A stretch of 64,000 nt of DNA, taken from positions 54,190,001 through 54,254,000 of the forward strand of contig NW_024704743.1 in NCBI RefSeq assembly GCF_018977255.1, read 5' to 3'. Source of the stretch: Callorhinchus milii (taxonomy: Eukaryota). Both the position numbers and the translations under genes were made by a program. Position 1 is the first letter of the stretch. Every line of letters starts with the position of its first letter. The notes below the pieces were generated by a model that was not told where the DNA came from, ran no database searches, and was given only the letters and a program-made list of their open reading frames with translations. Below are positions 25,105 through 37,289 of this stretch, piece after piece.

Positions 25105-25237
25105 AAAATAAAAGGCAAATTACTGCAGATGCTGGAAATCTGAAATAGAAACAGAAATTGCTGGGAACACTCAGTCGGTCAGGCAGTATGGAAAGAGGAA
25201 AGTGGGTTAACATTTCAAGTTGATGACCTTTTGTCAG
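25105..25237 (-). mobile_element. Penelope-like element terminus with a decayed hammerhead motif
   Basis: gcagatgctggaaatctgaaatagaaacagaaattgctgg...tcaggcag...gttaacatttcaagttgatgaccttttgtcag; the minus strand reads CTGACAA-AAGGTC-ATC-AACTT-GAAA-TGTTAAC. Confidence 0.7.
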
Positions 25238-25450
25238 TTTCTCCCAGTATCCTGGCCAACAATCCCCCACATGAAATTGGTCACTCATTCCATGGCTGTT
25301 TGTGGGACATTGCTGTATGCAAATTGATTGCGACTTTCACCCACAAAACACATGCAGTCACTGTACTTTTACAGTATATCATGTGAAGCACTTGGGAAGT
25401 TCTCCTGACATGAAAGGCACTATACAAAATGTAAAGATTATCATATTATT
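25238..25450 (+). mobile_element. Family B SINE 3' half
   Basis: tcctggccaacaatccccc...ggctgtttgtgggacattgctg plus tail. Confidence 0.85.
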
Positions 25451-25789
25451 ACTCAATCCCATGGTATAGAATGCTGCACAGGTGGAAACCAATACCTACA
25501 AATGGAAAATTCTACCCACAACTTGTTTTGCTTTAAAATGTTTTGGATAATGCACAGCTAAATAAAAAATATTTGAAGTAGTAGAAGAGCAGTTGTTGGC
25601 AGGAAAGTCTTTGTATCTTTTTTCCCTCATGCCAATAAAAGATGGCAGACGATCAAAGCTTATGAATTAGGCTTGTTCCAATCAGTGACTATGGAGCAGC
25701 TTAGATTGGCATATTTCATTAAACCTGCACCCTATATATAAAGTAGCTGTGCTTTATCAACTATATTGACAAGTAGTAGAAGAACAACT

Positions 25790-26552
25790 TATAATAATAT
25801 TAATTGCATTTGATATGGCGCCTTGTCACATCTTTGAGATGTCTCAAAGCGCTTCACAGTAAACGACAACAAAATTACATTTGTATAGTGCGTTTCACAT
25901 CGGGAGGACGTCCCAAGGCGCTGTGCAGACAGAGTTACGAACCCGAGCTGAAGGTCGGGGTGGGAGAGGGGAGAGGGCGGGGGGGGAAGCAGGGAGATCG
26001 AAAACACGGTTGAAGAAGAGGGTCTTGAGGTGGGTCTTGAAGGTGGCAATGGAGGGGGCGAGAAGAAGGGACTGCAGGATGGAGTTGCAGAGGGTGGGGA
26101 GTAAGAGTGGTGGAAGGCCCTCCCGCCAATAGTGGGGTGAGCAAGGCGGAGGATGTGATGCAGGCTGGAGCCTGCTGAGGGGAGGGAGCGAACATGGTGG
26201 TAGGGGGTTAGGAGGTCGGAGAGGTGTGGGGGAGCAAGACTGTGAATTGACTTGAATTGTAAAGTGAATTGACCGTATATTTTGTGGGTGAAACCCCACA
26301 GACAATTGCACACAGCAGTGTCCCATAAACAATCATGGATTGAGTGACCAACTTATATATTTTTTTGAAGGAATTATTACCTTAAAGGAAAAGCTATCCG
26401 CCAATCGACTAACAGCCGGGCTCTTACTTACTGCTAGGTAAACAGAAACGTGTGGAGTAAGGAAACTTGCCAACGTTTCGCCCTGCTGGGAATCAGACCC
26501 AGGTCTCTTGCTTGCGAGGCGAGTGCTCTAATCACTGAGCTACAGAACTCCA
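25790..26552 (-). mobile_element. Family A SINE (long form) split by an L2 insertion
   Basis: Tail at 25790-25862; body and head resume at ~26256-26552. Confidence 0.88.
25863..26255 (-). mobile_element. L2 LINE 3' fragment nested in a SINE
   Basis: Tail caacaaaattacatttgtatagtgcg; peptides SLAPPHLSDLLTPY, IGGRAF, FKTHLKTLFF. Confidence 0.92.
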
Positions 26553-28049
26553 CGCAGCTAGGCCACAAAAATAATTGGCACATTCTTATCTAAAAACTGG
26601 GTCAAGCACATTCTGAAATGGCCTGGGTCACTGGCAAAGTCTGGCTCAGTTCTCTAGCTTCAATGTTATGTAACATTTTGGAAATTTCCCCATCAATAGG
26701 TTATTCAAGAGCTTACATAGTAAAATTGACCGCAAACTTGATCTATCCAATTATATAACACAAACAATTCTGTTGGAGAGAAGGTCAACAGGCTGAAATA
26801 GTTAACCTGCAGGAATTTATTGCTTGCAACCAAAGAAACAAAAGAACACAGACATTTTTTGTTTGAAGTTTTTTTTATTAGAAGGTATTTTATTTTACAA
26901 CAAACACACACAAAAAATACAGAAGTTAACAATTACACATAAACTGACATACATACTTGCAAAAAAGTATAACAACAAATGGTAAATACAACTCTACAAA
27001 AAGAAGATACAGAAAAAAATTAACCATTTAACAGATGTGCAATTAATACAAAATACACCATGGTATTAACCTCAGAGTAAGGAAAGAGCTCTAAATGAGA
27101 GAAGAGTTTCAAAATGCAAGGATTGAAGTGGTCTATCCTCATGCATTTTTTCTTTCATAAAGTATCTGCATTGAGGAATTTCCATGAAATTGCCCTCCAA
27201 TTTTAAACAAAGTTATGCAAAGTTAAAGAGAAATGTGAAAAATCCAATATTTATCATTGCAATGGAATTTTTTTAACCTTTTTAAAAAAGAAATTGAGGA
27301 GGATTTTTTTGGTTTTGCCACCTTTAAATCCTTTGCGAACAGTGACCTATCACATGTCATATTGTCACACAGATTCAAGGAAACCATAGAAACAGCAGTC
27401 TAGTACAAACCTCAGCACCAAGGTTACACAGTGTGATGGTTTATGGCATTTGGCTGGAGAGAGCTTGATTCCCTTGAGCACAAATGACTGTGTTTATAAA
27501 CAGAACTGCACAATGCAGTTTTTTTTCACCCAGAATGGTGGGAGTTGGGGATTTCCCACCTCACATGAAGGAGTGTGTTTCGCTATTTACACATCCCTCC
27601 CAACATTCTGGTGGGTATCCAATGTGTCTCCTTGGCTTGGCTAATGCACATGAAAAGGATGCTGGAGTCTCTAAGCAGATCTATGTGATGCAGGTAATAA
27701 TAATAATCCTTGAACTTATTATTATTAAGATGCTGCCAGACCTATTCCACACTCAAAGTGGAGTACAAAACACTTATTTTATAATTACTTCGCTGATCTA
27801 TTTTGCTTATTTCTTTAATAACCTTGCAGGCCATTATATGTGACTGAAAGTTTCAGGTTAATGTTCTCTTCAATAGAGATGTGTCTACAATTAGCATTTA
27901 AACATTACGTATATCAATCATATCAATCACTTAGGAGAGGAAGGTAGAAATTGAGGGTAGAAATTGTGAAAAACAATTCATACAACCTTCTGACCAAATG
28001 GGAAGAGTGCTATCAACTGAGCCCCAGGCTAACCTTTGTTACATTGACT

Positions 28050-28472
28050 ATAATAATAATCCTTACATTTGGTAATCTGCCTTTCATGATAAGAAACATT
28101 TTGCAGGATATACTATAAACTATGTATTTTGTGGGCAAACATGACAGCCAATTTGCAAACAGTAATATCCCGCAAACAGCCATGAAGTGAATGACCAATT
28201 TTATTTGGGGAAGTGTTGGCCAGGACATGAAAAGAAACTCCCTTTCCTTTTTGAATAGTGCTATGGGATCTTTAACGTCCACTTGAACAGGCAGATGGAG
28301 CCTTGGTTTAATGTTTCATCAGAAGAACGGCACCTCCAACAATGCATCATCCCCTCAGCACTGCATTGGAGTGTGATCTTAGACTATATGAGTTTCAAGT
28401 CCCGTCATGGGGCTGAAACTCAACAACCTTCTGACTTAGACATGAGAGTGCTATCAACTGAGCCAACTTGGC
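28050..28472 (-). mobile_element. Family B Deu-SINE, full length
   Basis: Tail, Deu block, body and head (tatcaactgagccaac) are all present. Confidence 0.88.
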
Positions 28473-28972
28473 TATGTTTATCAGTGTATATGTATCCCTT
28501 CCTCGCCAATGCTTAACCCTGTGCTTCCACGACAACTGAGTCTAATTTGCGATATTCACAAACTGTATTTGATGTGCTGGTTGTAGTTTCTATGGTGAAT
28601 TCCATAATCTGAAATTAGATTCTGACATCTGAAAACACTGTTCCTGCCTAAAATGTGTATTTGTAGGCAGAAACTGAAAGCAATTTGCATACAGTAATGC
28701 CTTACAAACAGCCCAAAAATGAAAGATTAATTTATCTGGGGAATTGTTGGCCATACTTGTATCCATGGCCTTCTGATACAGAGGCAAGAGGGCCACCAAA
28801 TAAGACAGGCTGACACTCTGCTTCCCTACCAAGCCCAGATATTGCAACACATGAACCTCCTGCCTCCCTCTCCACTTGGATACACCCTTCCGTGGCCACA
28901 ATGCCCATGTTCTCCATCACAAATATCCTCCAGTCTTCTCAGTTTGCACATCCTATAAGTCACCTCCTATAT

Positions 28973-29175
28973 AGAACCACAGAATGTTATAGCATAGAAG
29001 GCCATTTGGTCAATCACATCTGGCTAGTCTTTATAAGAGCAATCCTTTCAGTCCCATTTACTGTCCTGTTCCTCATATCCCTACAGTTTACTCCTTTTCA
29101 GATATTTATCTAGTTCCCTTTTGAAAGCTCATATGAATTCTGCCTCAACCATGGTTCTCGGCAGGACATTCCCTT
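28973..29175 (-). mobile_element. CR1 LINE 3' end
   Basis: agaaccacagaatgttatagcatagaaggccatt...tatttatctagttcccttttgaaag. Confidence 0.75.
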
Positions 29176-29515
29176 ATATCACTCCTGATATCCCACACTG
29201 CTTGCATACATCTATCTTTGCCCAAACATCAGCAAACTGATGAACTACAGCCCCATAGATGCACAGGTTAAATGCTTACTCCTTGCAGGAATGTGCTGCA
29301 TTGGCAAGCATAAAGTAATCCTGGCTGGAGCTGGGAACATTTACAAACACATCCATTGTTGATGTTCCTGAAATCATTTACCAGCTGTGCATTTATGGAC
29401 AGCTTTTTTGTTAATTACACTTGTCCATTGTCATTATCCTGCAGACGAGAAGAACCAATAACTTCACAGATTCCCATTCAGTATTCTCTTATGTAACATA
29501 TGTGGGCCCTCCTTG

Positions 29516-29840
29516 GGGGAAAGTAAGTGGGGTCTCCTTGGAGTTAAGGTGGCTCCAAGGTGATATGTTTAGCAATGGAATGTCAGAATCGAGTTAACCC
29601 TCTGTGACGGTCTCGATAGTTTGGTTCCTAAGCCAGGAAGGTACGCAGTACTCCAGAACACTGCTGATGACAGACCAGTGAGATTGGCTCATTGGTAGGT
29701 TTTGGAGGCACAGATCAGTCACTGGGGGCAGGTAGTTTTTCCACTCAGTTCCTGTTAACCCTGCAAGCCAAAACCCTAATGGGGAGGGTTAGGTAGCTGG
29801 GTAAGGAGTGGGAAACTTGCCAGGCAGTGCTTTCTATGGC
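29516..29840 (+). repeat. Family U, 5' part
   Basis: ggggtctccttggag...ggctccaagg...gtcagaatcgag...gcagtactccagaacactgctgatgacag. Confidence 0.8.
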
Positions 29841-30781
29841 ATCCTCTGAGAATTTATTTGTTTATGTGAAAATTGACTGCCACGTTTGCCTATAAAATGC
29901 ACAGTCACTACACTTTACAGTGCAAAAAATTGTTTGCTCAATCCACGATTGTTTGTGAGGAACTGCTCTGCACAATTAGCTGCCGCGTTTCGCCCACAAA
30001 ATACAGTCAATCCACTTTACAATATATTCTGTGAAGCGCTTTGGAACCCAAGAAGAAAAGGGAATATAAAAAATAATCCTTGTATTTGATTCAGACCTAT
30101 AATATCAAACGTCTCAAAGCACTTCTTAGATAATTGTGATCAGGTTAGTGACTGCGTATTTGTAGGCAAAGATAATAAAATATTAGTTTGAATTTGTACA
30201 GTGTCTTTCACATAAAGGAGAGTCTCAGTGTTGTATGTGAGCAGCAACTGGTCATACTTGGTATAATATGCCAGGAGGAAGTTCCTGGAAGATGCATTCC
30301 AGGAAGTAGCCATCACAGTGAAAGAGAGGGGATACTGTAGTACATTAAATAAGTAACCACCCTCTGGATTGTGAGAAACAAAGAAGCAACAGAAAACTTC
30401 TATGAGTCCAGATTTATTCAATGGGTACATAGTGCATGATTCCCATGAGGACAAAAAACACAGAAAACTGCGACACAGTGAGAGGCCACTTGATCTTTTA
30501 TTTTAGTGTTTAGGGTTTACCTCTCCAGAGAAGCCATCTATCCTAATCTCAATTCCTTGCTTTTTCCCTAGAATAGGTATTGACACAGGGAAGAATAACC
30601 AGAGGCAATATATTAGTGAGTGGCTGCTTAACCCACTGGGAAAAACAAGGTCCTATCGGCAAGAATAGGTGAGTGATAATTATGGTGGATTCCATGATTA
30701 AGGAATAGATTGCCTTTTTGCACCAGTGACTGTAGGTCCCAAAAATGCGTTGTTTCCTGGTTGTCAGAAAAGGGAGATAAA

Positions 30782-31155
30782 AATAATAATAATCCTTGCA
30801 TTTGATATAGCTTCTTATCACGTATTCGAGACGTCTCAAAGTATTTCACAGAATATACTGTAAACTGAATTGGCTGTATATTTTGTGGGCGAAATGCGAT
30901 AGTCAATTGCACACAGCAGTGTCCCACAAACAGTCGTGGATTGAGTGACCAAATTATTTTTATTTATTTTAAAGGGCTTATTACTCCCCGGAAAAGTGAT
31001 CCGCCAATCGATTAACAACCGGGCTCCTACTTACTGCTAGGTAAACAGAGGAGGGTGGAGTAAGGAAACTTGCCCAACATTTCGCTCTGCCAGTAATCAA
31101 ACCCAGGTCCTCTCGCTTGTGAGGTGAGTGCTCTAACCACTAAGCTATGGGATTC
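30782..31155 (-). mobile_element. Family A SINE (long form)
   Basis: Full tail-to-head match with 16831-17193. Confidence 0.93.
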
Positions 31156-32325
31156 AGGTGGAAAAGTCTTTGGTAAGAGCGATCAAAGTTTCACATCTTA
31201 ACCAATGTTTAGGAAAAAGTTGGTTCTACTGAGGAATTTGATGTTTCTAGATATATTGTTGAGGTCCACGTCCACCCATTCCTTCAATCACTAACACTGG
31301 CAATCATTTTTCATGCATAAATATTATAAAATATGAAATATCCATCTTATAGATCCAATATGACATTCACATTAATTTTGACCAACAAATTCTGACAAAT
31401 ATTAAATATAGATTTCAATATCACTGACTTTATTCTGCTGGCAATGGTTGATGGGTTGCTAGTGTATGACTTATGATGCTGTTAGACTATTGCCGCTTAA
31501 TGAGTTGGAATTTGCAGCATGACTTAAGTTAATTGGGTCCAACCCTCCCTCCCCTCCCTCTCCCCCATAATTGGCCCAATCGGTGTTTTTAGTCTACTGG
31601 TGTAAAAGATTTACTACTGTGTTAAAACTAAATTGGAATTCGCAAAAGGGTGATAATTATGTCTGAAATAGCTTCACAACTAGGCTGCCATTTTCCACAT
31701 GGCAGTAGGTTGGCATGAAAACTAACATTTGGGATATTGCCCACAAGGTCTTTAAACGCCATTGAGGTATAGCACACAAGAATGAGTCTCAAATAACGGT
31801 TTAATTTCAACTGGAGAGTGCTCTACATTGGTGATGAAGGCTGGGAGAGTAACTAATGAACGTCTGCTATGCATTCCCCATCCCCTGCGCGCTATCGTTG
31901 ATGGCCGAGTCTTCAGTGCTCTGAGATGCTATCCTGCCTGAAGAGTGCAATATAAATGCAAGCTGTTTTTGTTGTTGTAAGATTTCTACCCACAAGGTTG
32001 CAGGTTTACCTTCTGCTTGATATATTAATCTCGCAATAATCGAAGAAGCCCATATTGGAAAAAAATAGAGTGGTCCCTGTGAAATCAAAACTCCTTCTGA
32101 GAACTGGTGATGTGATGAATAGAATTGTTATGTAGGATTGGAGAATATTCTCACCCTAGCACCTCCCTATCTGATCTGCTCATTCCTCACTCCACTGCTC
32201 GACCCTCTGCTCAGTTAACACAGGCCTGCTGTGCATTCCTTGACCCCCCGCCTTGATACCATAAACTGTGGGGGCTTGTGCCACTCTGTCACACTGACAG
32301 CTGCTTGCTCTGTGCATGCGCAGTG

Positions 32326-32898
32326 CTCTGTGGCGGGCTTGCTGGTCCAGTTCTTGAGCCAGGTGGGTCCGCAGTATTCCAGGGCACTGCTGATGACAGT
32401 ACAGCCAGCCTGGCTCATCGGCAGGACCTGGAAGGGCAGAGCAGTCATTGGGGGCAGGGAGTCATCCCCTCAGATCCTGTTAACCCCACAAGACCATAGC
32501 CTCAATGGATAAGGCGGTCCTAGCTGGACAAGCAGCGGGAAAGCTTGCCAAACAGCGATATCAATGGCAAGTTGTGTGGTTTTAGTTGGTTGGACTCCAG
32601 CAGTACCCCAGCACACACTGTGGGGCCCCCAAGCTTTGACTCTTGCCAACCTGCACTTAATACTTTCCGGAATTGGGTAAGCAGGATGCGTCCCTCCAAA
32701 AGGAGAGTACACATTCCATTCCAATAAAAGTCCCTAGAATTCCCATGTGTGTATGGAATATAATAATAATAATCATCAATACATTTTAATTTATTAATAA
32801 TTATAATTATTAATATGGATGGAATTCTCAGTTTGGTCTGGATACTCTTAAGCATGTGATGGGTTTCCACATGTCAGATACCCGGCTAACCAAAAAAA
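32326..32898 (+). repeat. Family U, best-preserved copy, with an internal AT-rich insert and poly(A) end
   Basis: ctctgtggc...gcagtattccagggcactgctgatgacag...gcaggatgcgtccctcc...gtcagatacccggctaaccaaaaaaa. Confidence 0.85.
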
Positions 32899-33659
32899 CT
32901 TGGTGTGGGTACTCCTGTCCACAGCATCCCTAGTGGCCCCAGAGGACTCATGTGTACATAGTCATCCTGCATGTAGAGCCACTGGGCTCTTTTTCCTTGG
33001 AGTGATGATATATCAGGAGATTACTGTATCACATTATTGGAGATTTTGCCCAGTTGATATGTTAATTTATCGAGTGGTCCATGGGTTTGATGGCCAGCCT
33101 TACCTCAACACTGTTACAATTCCTACGCCCAAAGCCAGCCTGGACAACAAATCATTCACCTCGTTTTTTGTGGGATTCTGCTTTGTGCAAAATGGCTACT
33201 GAGTACACCTATGGAGACACAGTCACTGCACTTAACAGTAATTACTCTGAAGCGCCTTGAGACATTTTGACATGATAAGCACTATAATCAAAGGCAAAGA
33301 TTATTATCCTGTATTATTTTATCTCACCTTGTTGAGGATCCACAACAATTTTCAACATTTTATAGAAAAAATAATAACTACGTCTCATATTCTTCAGGAT
33401 AATTATCGCAAATTTCACCTCAACGCTTAAATAAATGGAAAGGCATAATTTAGTCAACTGAAATACGAGAGCAACAATGAAGGTTTTCCACCAACACTAC
33501 AATCTGTAAAATGGATTATTAACCTGTGCATGGATTTCAATGCTATCGTCTATACAACAAGCTATGTTTTAAAAGGAGACAAAGTGAGTTTTATAATACA
33601 ATACAATTTACATTTATAAAGCGTTTTTTCACGTCAGGAGGATGTCTCAAAGTGCTAAA

Positions 33660-33960
33660 ACAGTATTAAATTGTGCTGACATGTTTTAACCATATATTCA
33701 GTATTATTGGGCCATTTTAATCTAGCACATGGTGACCAAAAAGTTGTGATACCATTACAATGTCTAATAAGTCTCAAAGAAATGATGACATATTTTTTAG
33801 ATAGCAGGATAGATATCACAACGTTATGGTCACCTTGTAGTTCTGAAGTAATAATGTTGCAGGTTTCTGTCAGGATCTGGTCTGGCATGCATGTGTGTTT
33901 TACTAACTCTTCTATTGTCATTGTCTGGAGAAACATTTTCCTGTTACTGTCTCTGTTTAA
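33660..33960 (-). pseudogene. Possible fossil PIF/Harbinger transposase N-terminus
   Basis: RKMFLQTMTIEELVKHTCMPDQILTETCNIITSELQ...KKYVIISLR, then after a frameshift DIVMVSQLFGHHVLD. Loosely resembles the HARBI1-like HTH region; judged by eye only. Confidence 0.3.
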
Positions 33961-34419
33961 CAATCAGGGTGCTGACATTGAGCCAATCTATGAATTTTAC
34001 CATCTCTGTAAAGAGTTCAGAATACCATTATATTCACCCTGCCAGGTCTTTTTAATCAATGAAAGGACTTTACCAGATCGCAAGGCAGTCTAGAAAAATG
34101 GTATAAGTGCCTGTGCACTAAGAATAAATGCAGGAAAATGTCTGAATTGTTATAAAAAGGCCATATGGTTGGAGCAATGTCTTTGAGGGAAATTTTCCTG
34201 GAGGGATTGCAAACTGTAAGTACCGATTTCATCTCGTCAAAGATGGCAGTCAGTTTCCCTCTGAAAATATTTTTGGCCACTTTTTGGAGAGCTTGCCATT
34301 TGTTCACAAATTAGACAGTATTGCCTTACACAGAGCCCTGTGTATCTGGCATTCTAGACAGGACTTGTAAACATTCAGGAATGTGGCTCTGTTTTCCAGA
34401 ACTAACTTCATACTCGTCT

Positions 34420-34918
34420 GTGTCAGCCTGGTTCAGTTAGCTCTCTTGCCTTCCCTCTTGATGTGAAAGGCGCTATATAAATGTAATTTGTTATTTTTGT
34501 TGTTGAGTCAGAAGGTTGTGCGTTCACATGCCATATTGGGACTTTCAAGTTGTTGTTTTAACTCACAGTCTAGCTGACACTCCAATACAGTTCAGGGGAG
34601 TAGTGTTGCATGGTTGGAGGAACTATCCATCAGATCAGACGTTAAATCCAAAGTACCATCTGCTTGTTCAAGTAGATGTTAAAGATCCCAGGGCACTATT
34701 TGAAAAGAGAAGGCCCCCCAGTATCAAGGCCAACAATGCATCAAATAAAACTGGTCATTCACTTCACGGCTGTTTGTAAGAGATTGATGTGTGCAAATTG
34801 CTGCCGTGTTAGCCTACAAAATACAGTACACAGTTATTAACTTTACAGTAAATCCTGTAAAGCGCTTTGAGACATGAAAGGTGCCATATCAAATACAAGG
34901 ATCATTGTTATTATTATT
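34420..34918 (+). mobile_element. Family B Deu-SINE with a short L2 tail inserted in its head
   Basis: gtgtcagcctggttcagttag..., then the L2 tail (34455-34505), then gagtcagaaggttgtg..., the Deu block and tail. Confidence 0.85.
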
Positions 34919-35885
34919 TATCTGAGTGAAAAATGGATAAGGCAATCATGTTGCTTTGAAACATCTGGAGAACAGACCAGAAAACTAAACTGTTAAAGTT
35001 TTAGTAACTGCTATGAATAATTAACAGAATAAACTGGGGCACAGAATTGATTTGGATCCTTCCCTTGAAAAACTCCTGCAGCAAAAGCGAAACTATAGCA
35101 AATGGATAATCATCTACCAGGCCACAGGGAATAATCTGCGACATTCTTCCTGGAGAGTTGAACACTCCGATCCCCTAATTGTCCAGTTGACATTTTTCTT
35201 ACCTTTGTTCTTGGATATTTATGATCTGTGTTATTTTAACATGTCTGAAACATAAGAGTACAAAGTGCTACATTGAGTTTCTCTTGTAAAGACATTGTTA
35301 GTGGAACGCAATACAGTCTGGGCTGCCGTGTCTGCAGCAGCAGTAAAGGGAGGCTAGAGCTCAGTGAGGGAAGTGACATTAATCACTCAGACTCACTGGG
35401 TTGCACTTACTTGTGCCCTGATTTCCTCTACAGGAATCAGCTTGCCTGGAAGCCAAAGTTCACCATATGTATGGCCCACTTTAGACTTCACGTTCTAGTT
35501 CTTCCAGCCTGAAAGGAGGAGGGGGTTGGGGTGAGGAGGGGAGACAGAATCAGTCTCAAGTGGACGAATACATTGATTAGAGCTAATTCACTCTGTGTCA
35601 GAAGATTTTGACATGACATGAATGCAGATTCAGATCTCCAATTCGGAAGAACTTGAATTTTTATCTTGCCTCACCATGTCAAAAGCTGCAGTGTGCTTTA
35701 TAGTAATTGTAAGTGTTTTTGTTTTTGTGGGTAAACATGAAGCTGTCAACGTTTTTTGTGGTCAGCCAGAGCTTAAGGCTGTGCTTTTGAGTATCCAGGC
35801 CAAACAGAGCTTTCCACATTTATATGCCACCTACACTTGCAAATTTCTCTGTGTCTGGAATGAAAGGAATACTCTTCCCAGAGGG

Positions 35886-36200
35886 ATAATAATAATAATA
35901 ATCCTTGCATTTGATATAGCGCTTTTCACGTCGGGAGGACGTCCCAAAGCGCTTCACAGAACACACTGTAAAGTGAATTGAATGTATATTTGTGGGCGAA
36001 CGCGGCAGCCATTGCGCACAGCAATGTCCCACAAACAGTCGTAGATTGAAAATGAACAATTTATTATTGTTTGGTTTTGGAGGGATTATTATTAGGCGTG
36101 TGGAGTAAGGAAACTTGCCCTAGGTTTCACCTTGCCTGGAATTGAACTCAGGTCTCTCGCTTGCAAAGCGAGTGCTCAACCATTGAGCTACAGGACTCCA
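35886..36200 (-). mobile_element. Family A SINE (short form, youngest subfamily)
   Basis: Nearly colinear with 63636-63963, including the gggacgtcctcccgacgtg tail. Confidence 0.95.
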
Positions 36201-36204
36201 CAAT

Positions 36205-36400
36205 GATGGATGCACCCTGCTTACATCATTCCAGAGAATATTAGGTACAAATTAGCAAGAGCAAAGGCTTGGGGATCCCAAGTGTGCAATGAATTACTTC
36301 TGGAGTTTAACAAGATAAAACATAGCTTACCATTGAGAGCACAGTTGAGCTGGTTGTCCAGCTAGAAGCACCCTACCCATTAGATTAACAAGAGCTGGTC
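36205..36400 (-). repeat. Family U fragment
   Basis: ggatgcaccctgcttac...aggcttggggatcccaagtgtgc. Confidence 0.7.
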
Positions 36401-37289
36401 ATGGGAACACCAACTAAAATGAATTGCTGGCCATGGTCTTGTACTACCAGTTAGGTGCCAGATAGATAGTACAAGATTGGTAGGATAAGAACAGTGTGAT
36501 GCAGAGCATTCAATAAAGTCCTTGCAAAATCTCACGTAAAGGGGATGCCCTGAGAATGGAGATGCAATGTAGTCACCATACATACTCTAGAACATTATCA
36601 AGTCTATAAATATTTGACTTCAAGCGACCAAATTCACCAAAGATGTCACGGGTGGATTTGAGTTTGGTGGAAGCACTTATTAAAGTGCCTTCATTGCACC
36701 TCTGTGAAACAGTCGGTAAGTATGATAAAACTGTACTGCATTCTTGGGAGCAATTAAGACAACACATTGCAGATTAAGACTCTGTACTTGGCATTTTTAA
36801 TGAGAGGAGCTGTGTGAAGCATCTGAATGAATGCTGGTGTGTGTTTGACTTAGTTATTGATTGTGGCTTAATTAATGTGGCTGTAAATATGCAGACGACA
36901 AAACGACAGTGATATTTCTTTCTTCTTAGAACTAATTATAATCAGTAATTTTCAGTATCTCTTATACTGAGCTGCATAGGGTCAGGGAATCCTTCACACG
37001 ATTTTCTAATGTGGAAATCACAGCTTTTGTTCTTGTGATTTAATAATTATACTTTGACACATTGGGATGCACTCTCAGAGATTCTGTCACATACGTGATG
37101 GCAAGGGTGTAAGGTCAATTCAAATAGAATGATTTGGGCCGACTAGACTAGATTGCTGACTTGACAATATTTGAATATTCATGACAGCAGAACAACAGCT
37201 GGTGATTTTTGGCTCCACGTTACAAATCACTTTCACAAGGAACTTGCATCAGATAGGTTAAAGTGCATTACCTTGGGGACAAGGTGGTA

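Noticed and set aside
26850..27260. L1/Tx1 3' end on the minus strand (poly-T followed by tttatt)
   Set aside because: Only compositional evidence; no recognisable ORF2 motif.
36400..36780. Unique stretch with two short minus-strand ORFs and a plus-strand GTAAGT donor
   Set aside because: No recognisable protein motif or consistent exon could be built.
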